64,000 nt of DNA from a virus (taxonomy: Duplodnaviria; Caudoviricetes): the IMG/VR virus record IMGVR_UViG_3300032038_000016, positions 1 to 64,000 of that record; one strand, given 5' to 3'. Every line of letters starts with the position of its first letter. Within the stretch, counting starts at the first letter, position 1. Made by a program: the position numbers and the translations under genes. Below the pieces are notes generated by a model. It saw only the letters and a program-made list of their open reading frames with translations, was not told the DNA's origin and did not search any database. This document shows positions 9,167 to 17,969 of the stretch, piece by piece.

Positions 9167-11113
9167 ATGGCAGGTACAACGAATACAAATGAATCTGTCA
9201 AAGTAATATTGGATCGAATTTTACAAATGGATCCAAAAGATATTAACATGACATTCTTGCAAAATATGTTTGCAGCACATCACAATCGTGAGACTGGACA
9301 GTTTACAGAACCCAATTTCAAACCAACATCCAAGATTGTATTAACGCCACAAATGTACAAGTATGTCAAAGAACCAACAGAAACAACATTGGGTATTTTA
9401 ATTCTGAATCGATACTTATTGGAACAAAATGGAATTATTCAATATATCGGATATCAAAACATATCAATCGATAAAAAGGGTTTGGATAAGCTCAATACAA
9501 AAGTAAATGACTTGGTTGTTATTGATAAACTCACAACGGATGATTTGGTTAATTATGTTGATTCTCGTGATAGATTGGGATTTTGGTGTGCTGGATTCTT
9601 AACGGTATCTATTACACCAGCATTGTTATTACCAATGGAAAATGTGAATAAACGAAAAGCTGAGTTATTTAAACAACGTCAAGCTGACTTGGAATCCGAC
9701 AGTCCAGTTACACAAATTATGGCGAATAATGAAATTGAAAAAGAACTCATGGGGATGGTTCGTGAGAATCTAAAGAGTGATTCCGGATATGATTTCTATC
9801 GTAGTGGTGATGGTAATTTGGATAACAACTATAAGACGATCAATGTCATGAGAGGTGCTGTATTTGATGAAGCTACCAAAAAATATCATGTTGTGGATTC
9901 TTCCTTGATGCAAGGAATTAAACCTCGTGATATTACTCCATTTGCAAACTCTGTCATTGCTGCAGCATATCCTTCTGCGGTTGGTACTGCAGAATCAGGT
10001 TATATGTCAAAACAGTTAATCAATCTATTACAATCTGTCAAATTAAATTCTGACCCAGCATCAGATTGTGGAACACAAGTAACGATTCCGGTTAAAGTAA
10101 CAGATAAGAACAAACAATATCTCATTTATCGTTATATCAAAGAAGGAAGTAAAGTAAAAGAAACAACGATGGAAAATATCGATTCTTATGTTGGAAAAAC
10201 GATTAATATGTTTTCCCCGCAGTGTTGTTTAAATAAAACGATATGTGCAAAATGTGCTGGTTCGTTGTTCTATCGTATGGGTGGTAATGGACGAATCACA
10301 GACATTGGTGTATTCATGTCAGTTATCACACAAAAGATGTTGAATATTAAATTGAAATCCAAGCACGACTTGTCACAGAGTGCATCATTTATGGATGTAA
10401 ATCATACATTCTTAACACCAACAAAACATGTTACTGTTACTCCAGATGGATGGTTGCAGACAAATGCATTATTGAAATTATATATTCCCAAATATGCACA
10501 AGATGAAATTACATCATATTATATCGAAGCAACACATATGTTCTGTTTGGGAATTGCACAAGCATCATTCTGTGATGCACATGGTAATGAGATTGAACAC
10601 AATCTTATGACTGTACCAACAATGATTGACTTAATGATTTATGGTGACCTACAAGAAGATGAAGATAATTACATCTTAACATATGAGCCAGGTGCAAACA
10701 TCACATCATTGGGTTTCCAACAAAATATACAATCTGTCGAAACTTATTTGAATCTGGTTTATTTACATTCCAAAGTTCCGTTGATCCCATATCATCTGAT
10801 GACCGACATGATGTTCTCCAATCTTGCATTAAATGCACAAGATATTGAAGGGCCTGCATTGGTATATGAATTGATGGCTCGTCGATTATGTTATACTGAT
10901 AATCGTGAAGTATTTGCATTAACATATGGCAAAGGTGGAGTAGATCCTTTGTCATATAAAAAAATAACATACCGAGAAGCTGTACAACAATCTGGTGCAT
11001 TACAAGCAATCCTGTTCGAAGATATCTCGAAAGGTATTAATGTAAACTTGGCTGCAACATTGAATGGCTATGAACCAGAAGATACTCCATTTGATAGAAT
11101 CTTAAGAGCATAA
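9167..11113 (+). CDS. Phage multisubunit RNA polymerase, beta-prime C-terminal subunit (split RpoC-like)
   Basis: Bridge-helix-like VGTAESGYMSKQL, DCGT and the Zn site ICAKCAG. No NADFDGD, so the N-terminal half is a separate gene. RBS AGGAG. Confidence 0.85.
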   Translation: MAGTTNTNESVKVILDRILQMDPKDINMTFLQNMFAAHHNRETGQFTEPNFKPTSKIVLTPQMYKYVKEPTETTLGILILNRYLLEQNGIIQYIGYQNISIDKKGLDKLNTKVNDLVVIDKLTTDDLVNYVDSRDRLGFWCAGFLTVSITPALLLPMENVNKRKAELFKQRQADLESDSPVTQIMANNEIEKELMGMVRENLKSDSGYDFYRSGDGNLDNNYKTINVMRGAVFDEATKKYHVVDSSLMQGIKPRDITPFANSVIAAAYPSAVGTAESGYMSKQLINLLQSVKLNSDPASDCGTQVTIPVKVTDKNKQYLIYRYIKEGSKVKETTMENIDSYVGKTINMFSPQCCLNKTICAKCAGSLFYRMGGNGRITDIGVFMSVITQKMLNIKLKSKHDLSQSASFMDVNHTFLTPTKHVTVTPDGWLQTNALLKLYIPKYAQDEITSYYIEATHMFCLGIAQASFCDAHGNEIEHNLMTVPTMIDLMIYGDLQEDEDNYILTYEPGANITSLGFQQNIQSVETYLNLVYLHSKVPLIPYHLMTDMMFSNLALNAQDIEGPALVYELMARRLCYTDNREVFALTYGKGGVDPLSYKKITYREAVQQSGALQAILFEDISKGINVNLAATLNGYEPEDTPFDRILRA

Positions 11114-11120
11114 AAAGAAT

Positions 11121-11139
11121 TCCCCGGCTAAGCCGGGGA
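11121..11139. terminator. Bidirectional terminator hairpin
   Basis: TCCCCGGCT-A-AGCCGGGGA between convergent genes, with an A-tract upstream. Confidence 0.75.
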
Positions 11140-11145
11140 TAATTC

Positions 11146-11394
11146 TTATTCATCACATTCCATAGTAAATCCATTGGTACACTGTATAACGGGAACATAT
11201 TCCTCTTTTTTAGAATCATAATTAAACATGATTGAAAAGTTTTGTTCATCGGAATCTTCTGGCATTGGAGTGTTGTCAATCTTTTCCAATGCTTTTGCAA
11301 AAGCATCATGGAACTGATACAATCTAATGCGATACTGGTAAAACGTTTTACAGCCCAAGCGTCTACTCAGCTTTTTTCTCAGTCTCCATTTCAT
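11146..11394 (-). CDS. Hypothetical protein
   Basis: 82 aa; last gene of the thyX operon. Confidence 0.6.
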   Translation of the reverse strand: MKWRLRKKLSRRLGCKTFYQYRIRLYQFHDAFAKALEKIDNTPMPEDSDEQNFSIMFNYDSKKEEYVPVIQCTNGFTMECDE

Positions 11395-11578
11395 TCTTCA
11401 GCACCTCCAGTTTTTGTTTCATCTTAACAAGAACATCGAGGAAGTATGTGTTCATTAAGTCGTAAACATCTTCTTCACCACGAGTTTCAAACATGACATC
11501 TTCGGGAATATGTTCTCCATGTTTTACGGTATCATATACTTCATCAACGTATTTCATTAATTCTTCCATATCATTCAT
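11363..11578 (-). CDS. Hypothetical acidic protein
   Basis: 71 aa; overlaps both neighbours in the operon. Confidence 0.6.
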   Translation of the reverse strand: MNDMEELMKYVDEVYDTVKHGEHIPEDVMFETRGEEDVYDLMNTYFLDVLVKMKQKLEVLKNEMETEKKAE

Positions 11579-12560
11579 CCTTCTGAAAATAATTATATTC
11601 TAACCATCCCCCAGCCGCTTTAAGATGTCCGCCACCGTTGAAATACTCTTTACAACATTTTGCACAATCGAATTCGGAATCATTACTGGAATAGAAGGTA
11701 TATCTCCATTTCTTCATATTACCATCATAGGCATACTTAACAACGAAATCATATTGGTTAATCAACTCACCGAACAATCGAGAATTACCAGATGGACAAT
11801 TGACTGCATATCCCTTATGCCCATCGATTTCTACTTCAAAACCACTACGACGGATACGTTCATTTTGTTTTTCTTGATAACGATAAATCACTTCACCATT
11901 TGCTACCATATTCATTGTCTTTGTGATTCTAGAGAATAAGTCCACCCAGAAGTCAGCATTCTTTGGATGGTTATCTTCCATTCCATATGCTAATGCAAAA
12001 TATTTGCTATCCGGGAGTTTATGTCTCCATACGTCGTTGTCATCAATATAACGAATTGCCATGGGAATAAAGCATTCACGCATATTCTGTTCTCCGGGAT
12101 AGAATCCGATATGAGAGTAATCTTCAGTAAAGTCAACCGGTATTTCGTTTGGATGCATTCTTTCGTCATCTGTCATATTCGCATACACCCAAGTCAGCAT
12201 CGATGCAGAAATATCTGCACGATAGTAGTGAATAATCTGATCCAATAATGCCTTATCTTCATCATTAAGTTGCTCAATATATCTCTCACCACCAATATGA
12301 TGATCGATATGCACAATCTTGCAATCATGCGACAAGAATTGACGAATCGCATTCATGATTGTGTCATCCATTGCCAAGTCCACGATATATACATTTTCCT
12401 TATCACGGATATGATCTGGCTCAAGATTCAACTTACCATCATGATTATATTCAATAAAGTCCTTATCGGGATCAAAAGGTTCAAATGGGTTGCGGAGCAA
12501 CCCATTGACAATTGCAGCGGAACAATGTCCATCTGCATCATTATGATGTAAAATCTTCAT
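11571..12560 (-). CDS. DHH-family phosphoesterase (NrnB/oligoribonuclease-like)
   Basis: HHNDADG, IVDL, HIDHH, DVW and the C-terminal GGGHLKAAG (DHHA1). Confidence 0.9.
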   Translation of the reverse strand: MKILHHNDADGHCSAAIVNGLLRNPFEPFDPDKDFIEYNHDGKLNLEPDHIRDKENVYIVDLAMDDTIMNAIRQFLSHDCKIVHIDHHIGGERYIEQLNDEDKALLDQIIHYYRADISASMLTWVYANMTDDERMHPNEIPVDFTEDYSHIGFYPGEQNMRECFIPMAIRYIDDNDVWRHKLPDSKYFALAYGMEDNHPKNADFWVDLFSRITKTMNMVANGEVIYRYQEKQNERIRRSGFEVEIDGHKGYAVNCPSGNSRLFGELINQYDFVVKYAYDGNMKKWRYTFYSSNDSEFDCAKCCKEYFNGGGHLKAAGGWLEYNYFQKDE

Positions 12561-12577
12561 CTTCTAAACCTCCATTA

Positions 12578-13732
12578 TCAATCATCATCTTCGTCATCTT
12601 CGCAAAAGAGATCAAACAAGTTTCCGTGATCACAACCATCCATAAAATGAACCTTGATATTATCACCGAAAATCTTCTTGATCATCTCGAGCAATTCATC
12701 ATGACGCTTCTTATCCAAAGAATTCAAATATTCTTCATCATCTTCATCATTCATACTAGCTGTCATTTCCTTTGTTTTATCATTCTCGAGATTCTTGAAG
12801 AAGTCCTTGGGATAAAATTCCTCCGCAGACAATTCACCAATCATATACTTGTACATATCGGACAATTTCTTTTCAACAATTTTCAGACGATGTTCAAGCT
12901 GTTCATAATTCGGAACGGACAAATTCGGAAGCTTCTGTTTGCGATCAACATATTTGTTTACACTCTCAGGTGTTTTGTCAATTGTAGGAGAAACAACCTT
13001 CATTCCAATCACAGTTGCATCAAGAATTGCTTTGTAGTCACGATAGAATACATCATCATATTCCAAATCAGAAAACAAATCCGGTAACATAGAATTGAAG
13101 TATCTCAACAGAGGAATCGCAATCTGTTTGATATGTGGATGAGCACTCGGAGCACAACGTAAGATGAAGAAGTGTCTCCATGCACGAATGTTCATAGTAA
13201 CCTTCATGTCAACCTTCAAAGAGTTGTTCAATACAGAACGAGCTTCTTCCGGTTTTGCACCATCCTTTATCATTTCATTATATGCCTTGACAGATTCACA
13301 ACAAGCATGCTTCCACATATTCTTTCTCTGTAACAACTTTGCAGATTTACCAGAGTAATCCAAATCGGGATTGATATTAGCATATTCGATTGGGTTAATC
13401 ATTGTAAATCCCTTGGTGTTGTAATTACAATATCTGGTACTTTCCACGGAATAACCAACACCGATTCTATGACGGGTCAACTCCGACAATACACCACGAT
13501 CCGTTACAATCTGAACAGAGATAGATACATGTTCCAGAATACTTTCATGTCCACTCTTAATACAGCTTTTGATCAAGTTAGAACCACTACCTGTCTTCTC
13601 ATAGCTCTGATAACAAGTTCTTGCACACTCTTCCAACTTTCCCATGATTTCAGCAGTATCAATCGGATCAATTACACGTACAAAAGGATTGATAAACTTT
13701 ACTTCATTAGATTCATTAATATTAAATTCCAT
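12578..13732 (-). CDS. thyX: Flavin-dependent thymidylate synthase with acidic C-terminal extension
   Basis: GHESILEH, ELTRHR...SVESTRY (ThyX motif), EEARSVL, NIRAWRHFFILR. Confidence 0.92.
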   Translation of the reverse strand: MEFNINESNEVKFINPFVRVIDPIDTAEIMGKLEECARTCYQSYEKTGSGSNLIKSCIKSGHESILEHVSISVQIVTDRGVLSELTRHRIGVGYSVESTRYCNYNTKGFTMINPIEYANINPDLDYSGKSAKLLQRKNMWKHACCESVKAYNEMIKDGAKPEEARSVLNNSLKVDMKVTMNIRAWRHFFILRCAPSAHPHIKQIAIPLLRYFNSMLPDLFSDLEYDDVFYRDYKAILDATVIGMKVVSPTIDKTPESVNKYVDRKQKLPNLSVPNYEQLEHRLKIVEKKLSDMYKYMIGELSAEEFYPKDFFKNLENDKTKEMTASMNDEDDEEYLNSLDKKRHDELLEMIKKIFGDNIKVHFMDGCDHGNLFDLFCEDDEDDD

Positions 13733-13802
13733 AATTATTCTCCTCACTTATATAAAAAAATCAGCCGGGGTGTTATCCCCCGGCTATGTTTGTTTGGTTT
13801 GA

Positions 13803-14360
13803 TTATTCAGTTTCAGTTTCCTTGTTCTTTTTACCAGTTGCCAAGTCTGCCATATTCTGGATCATCTGGTCAAGAGTCATTCCGTCAGTAGGAGCCGTCA
13901 GTACTTCAACCTCAGCAGTACGCAGGATGTTGGAGATGAGCACATAAGAATCATACAGCATCAGCATTGCCTTTTCAGTAATCGGAATGTTTTCACGCAT
14001 CTCATAATTGATACGGGGTACACCAACAGATTCAAAGAACTGGGTGATGGTTTCGATGCTGCTTTTTGCCATTTCTTCACGGGCGGATTCGTCTGTCTCA
14101 ATTGCCATCTTGTGCAACATAGAAGTGGATGCCAAAGCATTGTTAATCAGATCTTCACGTGCGTCGTTCCAGATGTTAGTCCAGTTCATTTCGTCATAGT
14201 TGATACTGAGTGTTGTGCCATTGCACAGATATACATCGAGTGTTTCGGGTGTTTCCATGATGTCACCAGTTGTCGGGATTTCACCGATCACGTCGTCCGG
14301 CATATTACCGGTCATTGCCTCATCGAGGGCTTCTGCGTTTGTTTTGATTTCCTCACTCAT
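13803..14360 (-). CDS. Hypothetical early protein
   Basis: RBS AAGGAGGT before MSEEIKTN; downstream of an early-type promoter motif. Confidence 0.75.
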   Translation of the reverse strand: MSEEIKTNAEALDEAMTGNMPDDVIGEIPTTGDIMETPETLDVYLCNGTTLSINYDEMNWTNIWNDAREDLINNALASTSMLHKMAIETDESAREEMAKSSIETITQFFESVGVPRINYEMRENIPITEKAMLMLYDSYVLISNILRTAEVEVLTAPTDGMTLDQMIQNMADLATGKKNKETETE

Positions 14361-14438
14361 TGTGGGATACCTCCTTAAATATGAAAGATTGTATTCGATT
14401 GTTGACGATAATGTAAAATATACACATTCATCCTCAAT

Positions 14439-14463
14439 CCATAATAATATTATATATTTCAAA
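14439..14463 (-). promoter_or_regulatory. Putative early (virion RNAP) promoter
   Basis: TTTGAAATATATAATATTATTATGG aligns ungapped with copies at 17907, 24554, 29169 and 33101. Confidence 0.55.
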
Positions 14464-14490
14464 ATAATAAAAAAGAAAGGGTGGAGAGTT

Positions 14491-14763
14491 ATGCAAGGTA
14501 CAATTATTGCGATTACATCATTTGTTACATTAATTAATGATGCCATCATTTATATTGCAAAACACACATTCGATTTCGATATCAAGAAGTATATTCCATT
14601 GATATCCGTTGTACTTGGAATGCTTCTTGGAATCATATGTTATTTTACACCCGATGTGAATACAGGTGAGACATGGATTGAAGCTGTATTTATTGGTATA
14701 TCAGCTGGAAGTGCAGCAACAGGAATTAACCAGATTGGAAAGCAAATGGAAAAGGATGAATAA
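14491..14763 (+). CDS. Holin (Firmicute-phage type)
   Basis: 90 aa with 3 hydrophobic segments; KYIPLISVVLG...GISAGSAATGINQIGKQ is typical of clostridial phage holins. Confidence 0.8.
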   Translation: MQGTIIAITSFVTLINDAIIYIAKHTFDFDIKKYIPLISVVLGMLLGIICYFTPDVNTGETWIEAVFIGISAGSAATGINQIGKQMEKDE

Positions 14764-14792
14764 TGGAAGCCGGCATATGCCGGCTTCATTTA

Positions 14793-15278
14793 TCAATATC
14801 CCGTTTCACCATTTAAAGAATCATCATTCACAATCCAATCAATCACGGAATATGTATGTAATTCTTTCTTATCACATGTAATGACTTGGTAGATTCCGGA
14901 GTTGATTAAAATACGTTTGCACATTGAACAGCAACATGGATTGTCCACAAGTTCACCAGTCTCTTTTTCCAAGCCAATCAAATACATCGTGGCATTCATC
15001 ATTTCTTCTTTTGATGCATTAATAACTGCATTCATTTCCGCATGGACAGAACGACACAATTCATATCTCTCACCACGAGGAATGTTCAATTCGTTACGAA
15101 CACACTTACCAAGGTCACAACAGTTTGCACGTCCTGATGGAGCACCTGTATAACCAGTTGCAACAATACGATCGTTGTTAACAATTACAGCTCCATAGTT
15201 GCGGCGTAAGCATGTACCACGAGCTGCAACTGCTTTTGCAATATTCAAATAATATTCTGTCTGTGAAATACGTTCCAT
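14793..15278 (-). CDS. dCMP deaminase
   Basis: TCLRRNYGAVIV...TGYTG, SVHAEMNA, PCCCSMC Zn motif. Confidence 0.9.
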   Translation of the reverse strand: MERISQTEYYLNIAKAVAARGTCLRRNYGAVIVNNDRIVATGYTGAPSGRANCCDLGKCVRNELNIPRGERYELCRSVHAEMNAVINASKEEMMNATMYLIGLEKETGELVDNPCCCSMCKRILINSGIYQVITCDKKELHTYSVIDWIVNDDSLNGETGY

Positions 15279-15282
15279 ATGA

Positions 15283-15519
15283 TCAATCCTCCAATTCAAT
15301 CTTATTACCATTAACGATTAATTCAAAATCCAAATGAATACAATCCGGATGTGAAAACATTTTACGAATCTGATCAAAATATGTGCTCGATTTGTAATTG
15401 GATAATGTATGACGTTCCGCTCTTGTGATCTTAATTTCTGTACCATCATCCGCATAAGCTTTGATACGTCCATTGTTGATGACCACTTTCTTTAATTTCA
15501 ATCCTTTGTGAAGATGCAT
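15283..15519 (-). CDS. Hypothetical protein
   Basis: 78 aa; RBS AGGGAGGT. Confidence 0.7.
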   Translation of the reverse strand: MHLHKGLKLKKVVINNGRIKAYADDGTEIKITRAERHTLSNYKSSTYFDQIRKMFSHPDCIHLDFELIVNGNKIELED

Positions 15520-15634
15520 TTTGTATGCTACCTCCCTTTCTTAAAATAGTTACATCAGGTTGTGTGATTTTCACCCAAATATAATTGTTGCATCTGGTGC
15601 AATATTATTTTTATATCACATAAAGTAAGGAGAG

Positions 15635-16159
15635 ATGATTATGAATCTCGAAGGATTAATTGGATTAGTCGTCGCAGTAATTGGTTCTGGCGGTATTTCA
15701 TCTGTGATCACAACAATCTTGCAAGCAAAAAAACATACTGTTGAAACAGAACAGTTGCGTCAACAGGTTGAAGAATCCAGAGTAGAAACCAAGATTAAGC
15801 TGGATGAACATTTCCAAGAGCAAATGGTACAGTTAACAAAGACATACCAAAATGAGTTCGAGAATTATCGAACAGAAATTGAAAATCTGCGAACACAGAA
15901 TCAAGAGTTGGCAAAACAAGTAACAGAATTATCAGCCAAAATTAACCAGTTGATGTCGTGGGTTGTTTATGATAGTATGCGATATCAAGATTGGTTAGAG
16001 CAAGAACTGTTGAAACGGGAGCCGGGAATTATATTCCCAACATTCCGAAAACCACCAAAGTTTGTACAGAGTTACATGGATGATAATGATGACGCACCAG
16101 ACGTACCACCAATCGGATATTCTGAACATCCTACCGATGAAGAAGATAATGATGAATGA
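15635..16159 (+). CDS. Membrane-anchored coiled-coil protein (possible lysis accessory)
   Basis: N-terminal TM segment GLIGLVVAVIGSGGISSVI, then a coiled coil; RBS AAGGAG. Confidence 0.6.
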   Translation: MIMNLEGLIGLVVAVIGSGGISSVITTILQAKKHTVETEQLRQQVEESRVETKIKLDEHFQEQMVQLTKTYQNEFENYRTEIENLRTQNQELAKQVTELSAKINQLMSWVVYDSMRYQDWLEQELLKREPGIIFPTFRKPPKFVQSYMDDNDDAPDVPPIGYSEHPTDEEDNDE

Positions 16160-16204
16160 ACAAAAAAACAAACGGAGGTGGGGCGTAATGCCCCACCAAC
16201 ATTT

Positions 16205-16573
16205 TTATTTCTTGTCACTACTATTGTCACATGCACTGAAATCAAAGTGCTTTTCTTTAGCAACTTTGATTGCGGTCAGAATTTCAATAGAACGGTCGAC
16301 ATCAAAGTCTCCCATTTTAGTCAGAACCTGATACAGGTCGTAAGCCTCTTTATCGAGTTCCTCATTCATCTGATCCAGCAATTCCTCACGGTGCATTCTT
16401 GTCCCAGTAGAGTATACAACAATGGACAATACACCACAGATGATATGTGCAGCGATTCTGTAGCTGGTATTTTCAAAGTAGAACGGTACTGCGTTCATCA
16501 GCACTGTAACCAAAGTCCATCCAGCGTCTGACTTCTGGATGGACTCGATGTAATTTTCAATTCTGCTTAGCAT
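16205..16573 (-). CDS. Hypothetical membrane protein (2 TM)
   Basis: RBS GAGGAGGTG; two hydrophobic segments. Confidence 0.7.
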   Translation of the reverse strand: MLSRIENYIESIQKSDAGWTLVTVLMNAVPFYFENTSYRIAAHIICGVLSIVVYSTGTRMHREELLDQMNEELDKEAYDLYQVLTKMGDFDVDRSIEILTAIKVAKEKHFDFSACDNSSDKK

Positions 16574-17051
16574 GAATTGTCACCTCCTCTCCATCATCGT
16601 CATCATCCTCGAAGACATCGAAGACCTCCTCGTTATCGTCAAAGATTTCTCCGATATCTGGATGACACATGCGGGTGACTCGTTTTGCAAGATTAACACA
16701 TCCCATAAAACTTTTGGGATTAATCTTCAAACCAGTTGCCTTCACCATGCCGGCGATTTCAGCAATGATATCAGGACGATTTACAACGTCCGTGTTATAG
16801 TATTCATTGAATTCTCCTGTTAATGCGATATTCGCCAATTCTCTTCCGAGGAAGTAGAATCCATAACGAGAGAATTCAGGCATACTGTGGTTCCATACAG
16901 ACAGCATATATCCCATATTATTCAATGTATTAAACGTTTTATCTTGAATGATAATACCGAATAATTTACCCTTCAGAGGAATATCCTTTACCATCTTTCT
17001 GTAATCATTCGGATACAGTTTCTTGTCACAAACAACGTACATCTGCTTCAT
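16557..17051 (-). CDS. Hypothetical early protein
   Basis: RBS AAAGGAG before MKQMYVVC; acidic tail. Confidence 0.75.
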   Translation of the reverse strand: MKQMYVVCDKKLYPNDYRKMVKDIPLKGKLFGIIIQDKTFNTLNNMGYMLSVWNHSMPEFSRYGFYFLGRELANIALTGEFNEYYNTDVVNRPDIIAEIAGMVKATGLKINPKSFMGCVNLAKRVTRMCHPDIGEIFDDNEEVFDVFEDDDDDGEEVTIHAKQN

Positions 17052-17207
17052 AATTTTTCTCCTTTCGAATATCAGACAAAAAAGAATCGCGTATAATCGG
17101 GTGTTAGCCAACGCGACTCTTTTAATTAATAGGGATCTGCTCACATATAGCTGGCATCTTTTTTACGGAATGCCAGCTACTGCGAACTTACTACCGAGCC
17201 AAGCAGA

Positions 17208-17768
17208 TTAGTCGATACGAACATCGTCACTGCTCAACACCACGTCGAGGCGGTTGAACAAACGTTCGTAATCATAGTCACTGCCATGGAGTACTACATT
17301 GATTCCGAATTCATCGCAGACTTCTCTGAGTTCCTGTACGTTCTGCGATGTGATTCTGAAATCACCTTTCCAGCCGCTGGAACGGCCTTCGGAAATCAAG
17401 TATGCAAGTTCTCTGCCCATGCGACGTGCATAATCGTGACTGTAACGGCTTGTCTGAATAGCCACCGCAATGCGGCGGAACAGACTTACCGCTGTATCAT
17501 AAGACACAACGATTCTGTGGTCATAGCTGTTGTAGTTTGTAGAGAACTGCGGTCTTCCATTGCCGTGGCAACCATAAGTGGTAGTAGTTGCGGGGGTGCT
17601 GTAGTTGCCTCTGGTTGTAGTTGTGGGGGTTGTTGCAACATAGGTAGTTGTGCGGCGAGGAGCAGGAGCAGGTGCTGCGTAAACGTTTCTTTCCTCACGT
17701 ACTTCACGTACTGCACGTTCCAGTGCAGCCTCAGCTACCAGACCCATGATAAAACTCTTTTTTCCCAT
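17208..17768 (-). CDS. Hypothetical early protein with Thr/Pro-rich linker
   Basis: RBS AAAGGAAG; higher GC; first gene after an early promoter motif. Confidence 0.75.
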   Translation of the reverse strand: MGKKSFIMGLVAEAALERAVREVREERNVYAAPAPAPRRTTTYVATTPTTTTRGNYSTPATTTTYGCHGNGRPQFSTNYNSYDHRIVVSYDTAVSLFRRIAVAIQTSRYSHDYARRMGRELAYLISEGRSSGWKGDFRITSQNVQELREVCDEFGINVVLHGSDYDYERLFNRLDVVLSSDDVRID

Positions 17769-17906
17769 AATAACACTTCCTTTACGGAAAGGCTTACCTC
17801 ACACGGATGACTAGTCCGCGGGAAATCCAGTTACGGAATGTAAGGAGCCCCGACATCATTTTGACGTCTTAATCTTTGACAATTCTTGAAAGATATTATC
17901 TCTGAT

Positions 17907-17931
17907 TCATATTAATTATATATATACAGAA
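17907..17931 (-). promoter_or_regulatory. Putative early promoter
   Basis: TTCTGTATATATATAATTAATATGA; the last 19 nt are identical to the 33101 copy. Confidence 0.65.
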
Positions 17932-17943
17932 ATTTGAAATAAT

Positions 17944-17969
17944 AGAAGCCGTCCATTAGGACGGCTTCT
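17944..17969 (-). terminator. Terminator hairpin overlapping the helicase stop
   Basis: AGAAGCCGTCC-ATTA-GGACGGCTTCT. Confidence 0.7.
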
